From NCBI GenBank assembly GCA_963833985.1, contig CAWIAD010000001.1, forward strand, positions 2,912,001-2,976,000: a stretch of DNA of 64,000 bases, in the 5' to 3' direction. Of the stretch, positions 39,838-50,824 are shown piece by piece. The first letter of the stretch is position 1. Every line of letters begins with the position of its first letter. Under the pieces are notes generated by a model. It saw nothing but the letters and a program-made list of their open reading frames with translations, was not told the origin of the DNA and made no database searches. The stretch comes from an uncultured Planctomycetaceae bacterium (GTDB lineage: Bacteria > Planctomycetota > Planctomycetia > Isosphaerales > Isosphaeraceae). The position numbers were made by a program, and so were the translations under genes.

Positions 39838-40061
39838 CCTTCGGCCGGCGATATCCGCCCTTTCTCGCAGCCAGCAAAGCCGTTGCGCATCTTCACAAAG
39901 CGGCCGTTCGTTCGCGGCCGTCTCTGTTCGTGCTCGCGCACGCCGGGTGCATTCCCGGCCGGCCGGAGGAGTTCCATGACACTGTCCTCCAGGCCTTCTT
40001 TCCGCGGACGCTTGTGACGCTCGAGCCTTTTTCCGATGACTCAACTCAAGGAGCATGGCTG

Positions 40062-41006
40062 ATGCAGGGATACCAGGTTCCGGATCGCGACAGAATTCAC
40101 GGGTGCGATGGGGTATTGAAAGCCTCCCCTGGCGATCATCCGTCGTCCCGCCCGCGGCGACGCTTCTTGACTCGCATGCTCGGACTGGGCGCGGGTGCCT
40201 GCGGCGCCGCGGTGGCAGGCCTCCCTCGCATCGCCAGGGCCGGTGGCGTGAACGACGCGGAAATCCTCGATTTCGCGCTCAACCTGGAGTACCTCGAGGC
40301 CGAGTACTACACCTTCGCGGTGACCGGCATGAGCATCGAGGCCGCGGGCATTGGCACCGGAGGAGCGGGCACTCCGGGCCCGGTCACCATCAAGGCCAAT
40401 CCCAGGGTCCCGTTCACGATTCCCGCCGTGGAGCAGTACGCCGCGGAGATCGCCCAGGACGAGCAAGAGCATGTGACGGACATACGCTCGACCCTCGCTG
40501 CGCTGGGAATCGAGCCGGTGGCGCGGCCGGCCATCGACCTGCTGAACAGCTTCAATCTCCTGGCGCAGGCGGCCGGGCTGGGAACGAGCTTCGATCCGTT
40601 CGCGAGCGACCTGCATTTTCTGCTCGGCGCCTACATCTTCGAAGATGTGGGGGTCTCCGCGTACCACGGTGCCGCGGGATTGATCGCCAACAAGAACATC
40701 CTCGGCGCCGCCGCGGGCATCCTGGGTATCGAGGCCTATCATGCCGGCCTGGTGCGCACGCTGCTTTACCAGATGGGTCAAGGAATGACGACCCAGGCGA
40801 TCTCCGGCGTACGCCTGTCGCTCGGCGGCGCCACCGACTATGGAGTGGCGTCGGGCCCCAACGGCACCTCGAGCATCGTGCTCAGCGACACCAGTTCGAT
40901 CGCCATCAGCCGGTCCACGCGCCAGGTTCTCAATATCGTCTACGGCGGCGTCAACGCGGCCAGCGGCCTCTTCTTCCCCAAGGGCCTGAACGGGGCGATT
41001 TCCTGA
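40062..41006 (+). CDS. Tat-exported ferritin-like (desiccation-related PCC13-62-like) protein
   Basis: RRRFL Tat motif; [51 protein letters not shown]. Confidence 0.85.
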   Translation: MQGYQVPDRDRIHGCDGVLKASPGDHPSSRPRRRFLTRMLGLGAGACGAAVAGLPRIARAGGVNDAEILDFALNLEYLEAEYYTFAVTGMSIEAAGIGTGGAGTPGPVTIKANPRVPFTIPAVEQYAAEIAQDEQEHVTDIRSTLAALGIEPVARPAIDLLNSFNLLAQAAGLGTSFDPFASDLHFLLGAYIFEDVGVSAYHGAAGLIANKNILGAAAGILGIEAYHAGLVRTLLYQMGQGMTTQAISGVRLSLGGATDYGVASGPNGTSSIVLSDTSSIAISRSTRQVLNIVYGGVNAASGLFFPKGLNGAIS

Positions 41007-41125
41007 GTGCGGGCTGGAGCCGCCGGGACTGCGGTCTCGGCGGTACTTCCGTCATTCCGGCAAACAAGGAACCAAGAGTCGAACACCTGTCCGATCGACC
41101 ACGATCGAATTTCCAGGAGATCCGC

Positions 41126-41995
41126 ATGAAAAGGGCTTACGCGCTCCTCGCCGCCATCACGCTTGTCGGGTTTCACGCTCCGGCCACAACCTGGGCGGGT
41201 ACCGTCGACGGCGTGACCTTCTTCGACAACCAGCTTGTCTCCATCGACACGACGACCGGAGTCGGAACGCTGATCGGCCCGCTGAGCACCGCGGTCTCGC
41301 CGTTCGGGCTGGCGAACGTCAACGGCAGACTGTACACCTTCGACTCGAATGCCGGCGTCATCACCCAGCTCAGCGCCAGCACAGGCACCACTGAGGCGAC
41401 GTTCTCCATCGGGATCGGCCCGGTCCTCGGCCAGGGAGGCCTGGCGTTCCAGAGCAGCACCGTGGGCTTCCTGACCTCCGCGCTCGACCCGACGACCTAC
41501 AACCCCGTGAACGACCTGTACCGGTTCGATATCGCCACCGGAAGCTCGCAGCTCATCGCACACACGGCCGACACGCTCGAGGCTCTGGCCTTCGGACCGA
41601 ACGACCGTCTCTATGGCCTGGGCAAGCTTGATGGCAACCTCTACGTGATCGATCCCAGTTCGGGGGCGATGACACTGGTTGGCAACGTGGGTGTCAGCGT
41701 CGGCAGCCCGAGCGGAGGTTTGACGTTCGGACCCGATGGCACGCTGTACGCGACTCTCGACGACAAACTCTACACGCTGAGCACGTTGACCGGGACAGCG
41801 ACACCCGCCGGTTCGGCCGATCCCTCCACCTACACGGGATTCAATACGATTTCCGGGCTGGCGTTCGTGACCTCGACCGTCCCCGAGCCATCCAGCATCA
41901 TCTCGCTGACGCTCGGCGCCGCGGGGGTACTCGGCCTGAGCCTGTGGCAGCGCCGGCGTCGAGAACGAATCCAGACCGTCTCGGCCGCGGGATGA
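41126..41995 (+). CDS. PEP-CTERM beta-propeller-like surface protein
   Basis: AGGAGA RBS; signal peptide; GLAF/LY.ID..TG repeats; VPEPSS-TM-RRRR tail. Confidence 0.9.
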   Translation: MKRAYALLAAITLVGFHAPATTWAGTVDGVTFFDNQLVSIDTTTGVGTLIGPLSTAVSPFGLANVNGRLYTFDSNAGVITQLSASTGTTEATFSIGIGPVLGQGGLAFQSSTVGFLTSALDPTTYNPVNDLYRFDIATGSSQLIAHTADTLEALAFGPNDRLYGLGKLDGNLYVIDPSSGAMTLVGNVGVSVGSPSGGLTFGPDGTLYATLDDKLYTLSTLTGTATPAGSADPSTYTGFNTISGLAFVTSTVPEPSSIISLTLGAAGVLGLSLWQRRRRERIQTVSAAG

Positions 41996-42115
41996 GTGTT
42001 CGCGCCGGGTCGGATCACCTGGGGCGCTGATCCGTCGAATTCCCATCCGGTACGATGCGCAGCAGTTGCTCTCCGATCCGGACGGCATCGCCGCCGTTCC
42101 TGAAGGTTGTATTTC

Positions 42116-45100
42116 TCAGCCTTTCCACGCCGCTCTCGGCGGTGATCCAGACAGGGGATCAAGCTCAATTCTCTTGGGTCTGTGCGCAAACCAGGGATAG
42201 ATGGCCGGCAAGACCAGTGAGGTGAGCATGGTTGAGGTGAACAGTCCGCCGATGACCACGGTGGCCAGCGGCCGCTGGATCTCGGCCCCGGGAGTTGTGG
42301 CCACGGCCATGGGAATGAAGCCCAGGCCGGCGACCAGGGCCGTCATGAGAATCGGCCGCAGCCGCACGATGGCAGCCTCCCGCGCCGCTTCGTGCGGCTC
42401 GACGCCCTCTTGCCGCAGGTGTTCCACCGCGCTCACCCAGACCAGACCGTTCAGCACGGCCACGCCGAAGAGGGCAATGAACCCGACCGCGGCCGAGATC
42501 GAGAAGGGCAGGTCGCGCAGGATCAGCGCGAACACGCCGCCGGTGGCGGCCATGGGGACGGCCAGGTAGATCAGCGCGGCCAGACGCATGGAATGGAACG
42601 TGCTGTAGAGCAGCAGGAAGATCATCAGCATGGCCACGGGAACGACGATGGCAAGGCGCTGAGAGGCCGTCTGAAGATGCTCGAACTGGCCGCCCCAGCG
42701 GAACATGTAGCCCGGGGGCCGCTTCACCTGGGCGTCGATGGCCTTCTGGGCTTCCGCCACGTAACCGGCAATGTCGCGGCCACGCACGTTGACTCCCACG
42801 TAAACCCGGCGCTGGACGTTCTCGCGTTCGACCTCGCTCGGCCCCTCCTCCAGCGCGATGTCGGCCAGCTCGGAGAGGGCGATCGGCCGCCCTTTGGGGT
42901 CGATGATCGGGATCGAGCCGATCTTTTCGGCGTCGTTGCGCCAGCTTTCGGGAAGCCGGACCTGCATCCGGAACCGCCGCTGGCCCTCGAAGACCGTCCC
43001 CACCGTCGTTCCGCCGAGCGCGGAGACGACATCCAGCACGTCCGACGCCTTGATGCCGTAGTAGGCCAGGTTCTCGCGGCGGACGTCGATGCGCAGCATC
43101 GGCAGCCGCCCGGTGGAGGGCACCTTGATGTCGTGCCCCCCGTGAATGGGTTCCAGCACGCGCTGGACCTCCGTGGCCAGTTGCCGCAGGACGTCCAGGT
43201 CGGGACCATAGATGAGGATGGCGACGTCGCTCTTGACGCCTGCCACCAGCTCGTTGACCCGCATCTCGATCGGCTGGCTGAAGCCGAACTTGACCCCGGG
43301 GACGTGCTCGGAGAGAAGGTCTTCCATCTCCTTGATGAGTCCGTCGCGCGTGAGGCCCGGGCGCCAGTCCTCCTGGGGTTTGAGCATGGTCCAGACATCC
43401 GTCTGGTGGACGCCCATGACGTCGTTGGCGATCTCGGGCCGGCCGGTCTTGCAGTAGACCATGCGGACCTCGGGAATGGTGCGCAGCAGCGTCTCGATCT
43501 GGGTCGACGCGGAGACGGCGCCCTCCAGCGCAGCGGAGGGAATGCGTACCGCCTCGATGAGGAGATCGCCCTCGTTGAGCCGGGGCATGAATTCAGCGCC
43601 CATGTTCCAGGCGACCGGTATGCTCGCGAGCACAAGGCCGATGGCGAGAGCGAGGGCCAGATGCGGATGCCCGATGAACGTATCGAGCACCGGAATGTAG
43701 ACGCGTTTGCAGAAGCGAATGAGCCAGAGCTCCTTCTCCTCGGCCTTGTCTTTCAGTCCCAGAGAGGCCATCACGGGCATGAAGGAGAGCGACAGGACGA
43801 GCGACCCGGCGAGGGCGAAGATGACCGTCAGGGCCATCGGCCGGAACAGCTTGCCTTCGGTTCCCACGAGCGCCAGGATCGGCAGATAAACGATGGCGAT
43901 GATCAGCTCGCCGAACATCGTCGGCTTCCGGACCTCGATGGCCGCGTCGCGCACGATCTCCAGCTTGGAGCGGCTGCCGCCCTCATGGGCGAGCCTGCGG
44001 ACGCAGTTCTCGATCATGATCACGCTGGAATCGACGATCAGGCCAAAGTCGATGGCTCCCAGGCTCATGAGGCTGGCCGAAAGCCCCGTGGCCAGCATGA
44101 TGTTGGCCGCGAAGAGCATGGAGAGCGGGATGGCGAGCGCGACGATCAGGCCGCCCCGGAGGTTGCCGAGCATGGCCAGCAGCACCAGCACCACCAATGC
44201 TCCTCCGGCCACCAGGTTGTGCAGCACGGTGCTAAGCGTCTGATTGATCAGATGCGTGCGGTCGTAGAGCGGCTCGATGGTCACACCCGGCGGCAAGCTC
44301 TTCTGGATCTCGGCGATCTCGGCCTTCACATCGGTGACCACCCTCCGGCCGTTCTGGCCGATGAGCATCATCACCAGCCCGGTGACGATCTCGCCCTGGC
44401 CGTCGCGGGTGGCCAGGCCGGCCCGGATCATCGGTGCGGGATGGACCCTGGCGACTCTGCCGATCGTCACCGGCACGCCTTCACGCTCGTCAATGACGAT
44501 GGCCGCGATGTCCTCGATCGAGCGGGCCTGGCTGACGCCGCGAATGTAGCGGGCCTCGCCCTCGTGGATCAGGTACCCGCCGCCCACGTTGGCATTGTTG
44601 TTCCGCAGGGCATTGAAGATATCGGTCATCGACAGGTGAAGGGTCCCCAGCTTGTCGGGATCGACCTCCACCTGATAGGTCTTCAGCTCCCCGCCATGGG
44701 CGTTGATCTCGGTCACTCCGGGAACCTTGCGAAGCTGGTAGGCGACGTACCAGTCGAGCAAGGTGCGCAGCTCCATCGGAGTGACGCCGGAACCCGGGGC
44801 CGCCTTCACCTGGAACTGGTAGACCTCGCCAAGCGCCGTGGCGATGGGACCGAGCATGGGCGTTCCGTACCCGGGCGGGATGGCCTCCGCCGCACGTGGC
44901 AGCCGCTCGCCAACCAGTTGCCTGGCCCTGTAAATGTCGGTTCCCTCCTGGAACACCACCGTCACCACCGAGATGCCGAACTTGGAGATCGAGCGGATCT
45001 GCTCCACGTTGGGCAGGCCGCTCATCGCTCCCTCGACCGGGAAGGAGAGCAGCGACTCGACTTCTCCAGGAGAGAGCGCGGGCGCCTCGGTGATGACCTG

Positions 45101-45241
45101 GACCTGCACGTTGGTCAGGTCCGGCACCGCGTCGATCGGCAGGTTGATGGCCGAGTAGATTCCCAGTCCGGCGACGAAGAACGTCCCCATCAGCACCAGG
45201 AACCGGTTGTTCAGCGACGATTCGATGATGGCGTTGAGCAT
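42116..45241 (-). CDS. czcA: CzcA/CusA-family heavy-metal RND efflux pump
   Basis: LPIDAVPDLTNVQVQV, SLGAIDFGLIVDSSVIMIEN, GFIALFGVAVLNG, RLRPILMTA, EIQRPLATVVIGG. Confidence 0.9.
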   Translation of the reverse strand: MLNAIIESSLNNRFLVLMGTFFVAGLGIYSAINLPIDAVPDLTNVQVQVITEAPALSPGEVESLLSFPVEGAMSGLPNVEQIRSISKFGISVVTVVFQEGTDIYRARQLVGERLPRAAEAIPPGYGTPMLGPIATALGEVYQFQVKAAPGSGVTPMELRTLLDWYVAYQLRKVPGVTEINAHGGELKTYQVEVDPDKLGTLHLSMTDIFNALRNNNANVGGGYLIHEGEARYIRGVSQARSIEDIAAIVIDEREGVPVTIGRVARVHPAPMIRAGLATRDGQGEIVTGLVMMLIGQNGRRVVTDVKAEIAEIQKSLPPGVTIEPLYDRTHLINQTLSTVLHNLVAGGALVVLVLLAMLGNLRGGLIVALAIPLSMLFAANIMLATGLSASLMSLGAIDFGLIVDSSVIMIENCVRRLAHEGGSRSKLEIVRDAAIEVRKPTMFGELIIAIVYLPILALVGTEGKLFRPMALTVIFALAGSLVLSLSFMPVMASLGLKDKAEEKELWLIRFCKRVYIPVLDTFIGHPHLALALAIGLVLASIPVAWNMGAEFMPRLNEGDLLIEAVRIPSAALEGAVSASTQIETLLRTIPEVRMVYCKTGRPEIANDVMGVHQTDVWTMLKPQEDWRPGLTRDGLIKEMEDLLSEHVPGVKFGFSQPIEMRVNELVAGVKSDVAILIYGPDLDVLRQLATEVQRVLEPIHGGHDIKVPSTGRLPMLRIDVRRENLAYYGIKASDVLDVVSALGGTTVGTVFEGQRRFRMQVRLPESWRNDAEKIGSIPIIDPKGRPIALSELADIALEEGPSEVERENVQRRVYVGVNVRGRDIAGYVAEAQKAIDAQVKRPPGYMFRWGGQFEHLQTASQRLAIVVPVAMLMIFLLLYSTFHSMRLAALIYLAVPMAATGGVFALILRDLPFSISAAVGFIALFGVAVLNGLVWVSAVEHLRQEGVEPHEAAREAAIVRLRPILMTALVAGLGFIPMAVATTPGAEIQRPLATVVIGGLFTSTMLTSLVLPAIYPWFAHRPKRIELDPLSGSPPRAAWKG

Positions 45242-45311
45242 GGTTCAGTCCCCGGGTTGCCGGTCATCTGGGTTCCGTGACTCGTGGCTGTGGGTGTTTC
45301 GCCCGACACCC

Positions 45312-46885
45312 TTACTCCTCCTCCGCCGTGTTCTGAAGCACCAGCTCCGACTTGAGCAAGAAGCGCCGCCGGCCACGACGGTATCGCCTTCCTTGAGCCC
45401 GGACTTGACGACGACGCGGTCGCCCGCGTCACGCCCGGTCTGCACCGGCAGGAAGGTGTAGGCATGTCGATCAGGTGCCAGGCTCTCGACGCCGCCGGGG
45501 ATGAAGACCCCGGTTTTGCCCTCGATCTCAACGACCGAGGCATGCGGAACGGTGAGCGCGTGCTCGGTGGTCGGGCTGTCCAGGAGAATGCGCACGAACA
45601 GGCCCGGAAGCAACAGCCCGTCCTTGTTATCAGTCTCGGCCAGGATCGGGACGGTCCGGGTCTGCGGGTCGACCAGCGCACCCACCGAGAGCAACCGGGC
45701 GGCGAACAACCGCTTGCCGTACCCGGTGGGTGAGAGCTGGATCTTGCCCCCCTTGATGCGCGGGACGCTGGCCACGTCCGATTCGGGAATATTCGCGGTC
45801 ACCCAGAGTGTGTTCAGGTCCGCGACCGTGAAGAGCACGTCGCTGAGCTCGGCCCGCTGGCTGGGGACCGCCGCTTTCTGGATGATCGTGCCGTCGAAGG
45901 GCGCGTGGAGCTCGTAAAGGGTCACATCCTCCTGAATGGCCAGCGAATCGGCACGCTCGGGGTGGTCGAGGTGCTCGCGGATATCCTCTGGCACGCCCAG
46001 GATGTGCAGCCGCTTGGCGGCGTCGATCACGTCGGACTCGGACTTGCGCACCTGCTGGTCGGCCAGCCTCTTGCCCTGGGCGGCGTCGAACTTCGCCTGC
46101 TCGATCGTGGCGTACAGCTTGGCCTGAAGCCCCTGCCGCGTGTGCAGGGCCAGCACGGCCGGGTGTTCGCCGATGACTTCCTGCCTCCGCAGGCCGGCGG
46201 TCTTCTCTTCCTCGTGCGCGGCGATGTCGAAGTCGGCGTAGGCTTGCAGCAATGAGCCCCGGTACATACCCAGCGGTTTGTCTGCGAACTCCTTCTCGAT
46301 GGCGGCGGGGTCGGTCCCTTTGCGGATCTCGGGGACGAGCAAGGCCACGGTGGCAGCGATCTCCGACTTCCAATCGGCCTCGATCCGGGCCGTGTTCAGC
46401 TCGCGCTGCCTGGCCCGAAGATTGAGCCGCCCCGTGCCGACATCGGGGCTGTCCAGGGTGGCCAGCAGATCGCCGCGCTTCACTTTCTTGCCGAGCTGTA
46501 CGTGAACCTCGCGGATCACGCCCGAGGCACGCGGTCGGATCGCGATCTGGCGATCGGCGTTGACCTCGATCCGACCCGGGACCGCAAGCTCGACTGGGAG
46601 ATCGTCGTAGTGCGCGTGTTCGGTGGTGACCTTCGCGACATCCAGCTTCGCCGTGCCGAGCACCACGGTTGTCGCCGTGTTGATCGCACCGGCTGCGGGG
46701 GAAGACTTATCCTTGACGGTGGCTGCGGACGATGACTTCGAATCTGCCGACGCGGTCTTCCATCCGGCAAGGTCCCAGGCCAGGTGAACTGCCAGGATCG
46801 CCAGACAGAAGCCCATGCCCAGCCACGGTAGAGCGAACTTGATCGCGGTGCCCCGGGCCGACATTCGAGAGAATGCGATTGCCAT
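45312..46885 (-). CDS. RND periplasmic adaptor (CzcB-like), frameshift near 45363 close to the C-terminus
   Basis: TM anchor, IRPRASGVI..VKRGD, APFDGTII, VDPQTRTV, GLKEGD. The shifted frame gives GAFLLKSELVLQNTAEEE*. Confidence 0.85.
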
Positions 46886-47141
46886 CGCGGAAGATCTCCA
46901 ACCAGACGGGTGGTGTGTTGTCGGCGCGTTTTCGCCATATTCTGTATCAAGAGACGGCAAGCTGCCGACGGTCGTCAGAGCAGCCAGGCAGAAGCCGGCC
47001 GCTGGGGGGGGGCCGACTTCGTGGCGCGAGAGCGCGGTGGGACTCAAGAGGGCCGGGTCGTGCCTACGGCCTGATGCCGGTTTGCTGCCGGTTTCCCGCA
47101 GCCGGAGTTTGTCCGGGAGGAAAACCCGCTTTCAGGCAAGC

Positions 47142-47679
47142 TCAGCAGTTGCACCGTTGCGACAGTGCAACGAGCCCGGCGCAGGGATTCCCGGCTGGAA
47201 CCAGCTCATGATGCCAGGCGACCGCGTCCGGCGGCCCGAAGAAACCGCTGAAGGCCGCCTGACTGGCCAGATGGGGACCGGGGAGGTGTCTCTCAACGTC
47301 TTTGAGGATGCGGCTGCGGTGATCGGGCACCAGCGCTGAAAACGGGGTCCAGTCCGGAGCGAGATAGTCCAGGTGATAGGCATGAAGCTGGTGATGCGGC
47401 GTCGAGCGGGAATCCTCGCCGGCCTGATTCGCGTCTTGCACGGCCCGCGCCACGCTCGGCAGGATCCAGTGCCAGTGCACGACGGCGACGTCAGCATTCT
47501 CTCGCGTTGGGATGCCAGCGCAGCAGGTGGTCGTGGTGCGGGCAAACCTCGCCCGCTGCATGATGGTGGCGGATATTGTGAAAATCAGCCTGTGGCAATG
47601 GAACGTGAATCAGCCCCGGAATCAGGCACATGATTCCGAGACATCGCAAGCCAGCCTGGATGGACGATCGGGCGATCAC
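47142..47679 (-). CDS. His-rich hypothetical protein heading the czc locus, frameshift near 47500
   Basis: PLPQADFHNIRHHHAAGEVCPHHDHLLRWHP continues in another frame as ENADVAVVHWHWILP...PHHQLHAYHLD. Restoring one GA unit joins them. Confidence 0.55.
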
Positions 47680-47844
47680 GGCAATGCCCTGCTTGCGGCG
47701 ACGAGAGAGACGGAACTGGATTATTATGGAGGTGGGAAGGTACAAGGTCAAGGCAAGGCGCTCAGCGGCTGGTCAGCCAGTTCCCCGGGGGCCGTTGACG
47801 ACTGCCCATGAACCTGCTCTCTCCTATCACGCTGGAGTCCGTAC

Positions 47845-48582
47845 GTGGTCTCGTGGAACCCTGACTCGTGCGCTGCGTCGCTGCACAGCCTGCTGGTGAC
47901 CGATTTTGACGGCACCATGACGCAGCACGACTTTTACAAGCTCGCCGCACGTTCGCTCTTGCCGCCGGCGATGCCCGATTACTGGGCCGAGTACCGCTCC
48001 GGACGCCGCACCCACTTCCAGGCGCTCCAGGCAATCTTCGCCTCGATCCGCAAAGACAGAGCCGCGGTGCTGGCCGTCGTGGCCGAGATGAACCTCGATC
48101 CTGATCTGCCCCGCGCAGTCCAGGGGCTCCGCGACTCGGGCTGGGACGTGGTGGTGACGTCGGCGGGCTGCGACTGGTACATCCGGATCCTGCTGGAACG
48201 GGCGGGCGTCACGCTGCCGGTGTGGTCGAACCCTGGCCAGTTCGAGGAAGGACGCGGGCTGCTCATGGAACTGCCCCGGGAGAGCCCGTACCTCTCGCCG
48301 TCGCTCGGCGTGGACAAGGCCGCCATCGTGCGCGATGCCATTTCCCAGGGCCGGCGCGTGGCGTTCGCCGGGGATGGATTCCCCGACGCCGACGCCGCCC
48401 GGCTCGTCCAGCCGGACCTGCGGTTCGCGCGCGGCGACCTCGCCGACGTTCTCAGCCGCGAGGGGCAGGCTTTCCACACCTTCCACCGCTGGTCGGGGAT
48501 TGCCGAGGTCCTGTGCGGTCCCCTCGGAGTGGCCGCAAGCCCCGCCCGCAGCACGCCAGCCGATACGGAGCCGCGGCCATGA
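47845..48582 (+). CDS. HAD-IB phosphatase (MtnX-like)
   Basis: DFDGTMT, VTSAG, GVDKAA, GDGFPD, FARGDL. Confidence 0.85.
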   Translation: MVSWNPDSCAASLHSLLVTDFDGTMTQHDFYKLAARSLLPPAMPDYWAEYRSGRRTHFQALQAIFASIRKDRAAVLAVVAEMNLDPDLPRAVQGLRDSGWDVVVTSAGCDWYIRILLERAGVTLPVWSNPGQFEEGRGLLMELPRESPYLSPSLGVDKAAIVRDAISQGRRVAFAGDGFPDADAARLVQPDLRFARGDLADVLSREGQAFHTFHRWSGIAEVLCGPLGVAASPARSTPADTEPRP

Positions 48583-49631
48583 ACATGATCACCCAGGTTG
48601 CCATTCCCTCGCTGGTGCGCATGAAGCCCGGGGCTCTGGACCGCCTGGGGCTGTATCTTCAGCGCTCGGGGCATACGGCCGTCCTGCTGCTGATCAGCCA
48701 GGGGCTGGTCCCCGATTATGTGGCAAGGGTGACGCGCAGCCTCAAGGACCACGGCATCGACTGCCTGGGTGCCAGCGACGTCACCGACGCCAGTTTCGAG
48801 AGCGCCGTGACTCTCTTCACCCGGCCGACAGGCCGGCCCAGGGCCGTCGTCGGGCTCGGGGGCGGCAAGGCGCTCGATGTGGCCAAGTACCTCGCCTTCC
48901 TGGCACGGCTGCCTTACTACGCCGTACCCACATCGCTGTCCAACGACGGGTTCTCGAGCCCCCAGTCGAGCCTGACGGTGGCGGGCCGCCGGCGCTCGCT
49001 GGCGGCGGCCTTGCCCTATGCCGTGGTGGTGGACCTGGACGTCTGCCAGGCCGCGCCCCGCCCGCTCTGGCTCTCGGGCATCGGCGACCTGGTCTCCAAG
49101 CTCACGGCAATCTTCGACTGGAAGCTGGCGTTTCATCGCTGCGGAGAATCGGTCAACGACTTCGCGGCGCTCTTATCCGACGCCACGGTCTATCAGTTCC
49201 TGGCCCAGCCATCCTTCGACGCCGACGGCGCCCGGCTACTGGCCACGGCGCTCATGCTCAACGGCATTGCCATGGAGATCTGCGGTTCGTCGCGTCCGGC
49301 CAGCGGCAGCGAGCACCTGATCTCGCACGCCCTCGATGCGATCTCGAAGCGGCCCAGGCTGCACGGGCTGCAAGTCGGTGTCGCCACGTACCTGGTGAGC
49401 CGTTTGCAGCAGAACCAGAGCGACCGGATTGCTGACCTGTTCGACCGGGTGGGGTTCTGGAACGAGATCCATCACGATCCGTTCTCGCGGCAGGAATGGC
49501 GCGAGGCCATCCGGCTGGCACCCTCCATCAAGGAAGGCTTCTTCACGATCCTTTCGACCAGCGGCGCACTCGAGCAGGCAGAGCGGTTGCTGGTTGACGA
49601 CCCGCGGCTGTCGGCCTGCTTCACCGGCTGA
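48579..49631 (+). CDS. Glycerol-1-phosphate dehydrogenase-like (EgsA/AraM, DHQ-synthase-like ADH) protein
   Basis: GLGGGKALDVAKY, PTSLSNDGFSSP, SGIGD, SRPASGSEHLISHALD, LHGLQVGV. ATGA overlap with the HAD gene. Confidence 0.8.
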   Translation: MNMITQVAIPSLVRMKPGALDRLGLYLQRSGHTAVLLLISQGLVPDYVARVTRSLKDHGIDCLGASDVTDASFESAVTLFTRPTGRPRAVVGLGGGKALDVAKYLAFLARLPYYAVPTSLSNDGFSSPQSSLTVAGRRRSLAAALPYAVVVDLDVCQAAPRPLWLSGIGDLVSKLTAIFDWKLAFHRCGESVNDFAALLSDATVYQFLAQPSFDADGARLLATALMLNGIAMEICGSSRPASGSEHLISHALDAISKRPRLHGLQVGVATYLVSRLQQNQSDRIADLFDRVGFWNEIHHDPFSRQEWREAIRLAPSIKEGFFTILSTSGALEQAERLLVDDPRLSACFTG

Positions 49632-49665
49632 ACTGCCTTGATTCCGGCCAGACCCCACATTTCGC

Positions 49666-49690
49666 GTAACAAACCGGTCCCGGCGGCTAC
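49666..49690 (+). promoter_or_regulatory. Possible autoregulatory ECF promoter
   Basis: GTAAC-N16-CTAC directly upstream of the ECF gene. Confidence 0.35.
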
Positions 49691-49728
49691 CAATGGAGAT
49701 GTCCGAGCTTTCCGCGTCGGGATGGCGA

Positions 49729-50222
49729 ATGGATCAGCAAACGGTTTTTCTGGAGCTCTTGCAAGCCAACTATGGCCGCTGGCGCGGCATCGCCCGCGCG
49801 TATGCGGGACATGACTTCGAGGACCTGCTCCAGGAAATCGTGCTCCAGGTCTGGCGCTCGCTGGCGACTTTTCGAGAGCAGTCGACACAGGCCACCTGGT
49901 CGTATCGCATCGCCTTGAACACCGCGATGAGCTGGCGCCGGTCGGAGCAAACGCGTCGCCGCAAGCTGCCCGTCCAGCAAGATTTCAGCCCCGCGCTGGT
50001 TCCTTCCCGTAGTGCGGAACCCTCAGGCTCCGACGAGCTCCAGCGGTTCCTGGCCGAGCTCCATTCCGCGGACAAGGCGATCCTGCTCCTGTTCCTGGAC
50101 GACGTCGGATACGAGCAGATGGCGCTGATCCTGGGAGCCACGCCGGGAGCACTTCGGCGCGAGTTCACCGCATCAAGAATCGGCTCGCGGAAATGTATCA
50201 AAGGCAAATCCATGAGTCTTGA
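49729..50222 (+). CDS. ECF sigma factor, frameshift near 50158
   Basis: EDLLQEIVLQVWRS..TWSYRIALNTAM; DKAILLLFLDDVGYEQMA. The shifted frame gives RVHRIKNRL...*. Confidence 0.8.
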
Positions 50223-50824
50223 AGACTTTCAAAACCAATGGAGAAAAGAAATGGACTGCGCCATTCCCCGTCACGAGCTCGATCGAGCTCTTGAGGATCG
50301 TCCAGCACCGCTGTGCGACGCTCGAAAAGCAGGTGCACAGTCGCGACCTGCGCGAGGTGCTTGCCGCCTTGCTGGTCGTGGGCATTTTCGCGCCCTTGTG
50401 GCCGGTTTACCGCTCGTCGCGCGTGGCCATGCTGGGCGTGACGCTGATCGTCCTGGGAGCAGCGCTCATCGTCTATGTCCTCTTGGCGGCAAGAAGCGCC
50501 GCTCCCCTGTCGCTTCAGACCTCGGTACTGGAGTTTTCTCGCAATCGGCTGGTCTGGATTGATCGGCAAATCCACATGCTTCGAACCGTCATCTGGTGGT
50601 ATGTCACGCCGATCTGCGCCGGCGTCCTGCTGCTGACCTGGGGCGTCACAAAGGGAGACGGGGCGGTCTTCGGCGTCCAGGCCGTTGCGACGCTGTGCGT
50701 CGGGGCGGTGATTGTGTACCTCAATCACTGGACCGTCCGCAACAACCTGCGGCCCATCCGGGACGACCTGATCCGCCTGATCGAGTCACTGGAGCCCGGC
50801 GCCGCGAACGACCCGACGAACTGA
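50212..50824 (+). CDS. Membrane anti-sigma-like protein, frameshift near 50284
   Basis: Overlaps the ECF stop; MSLEDFQNQW, then four hydrophobic segments, LRTVIWWYVTP and LRPIRDDL. Confidence 0.65.

Noticed and set aside
40055..41125. N-terminal 357 aa of the 646-aa ORF ending in PEP-CTERM
   Set aside because: It is an alternative frame of the ferritin-like gene. The real gene starts at 41126 with an RBS and signal peptide.
42392..45280. 962-aa plus-strand ORF, and similar long antisense ORFs (11853-13238, 25089-26501, 29284-30732)
   Set aside because: Shadow ORFs opposite real genes in high-GC DNA, with no recognisable motifs.
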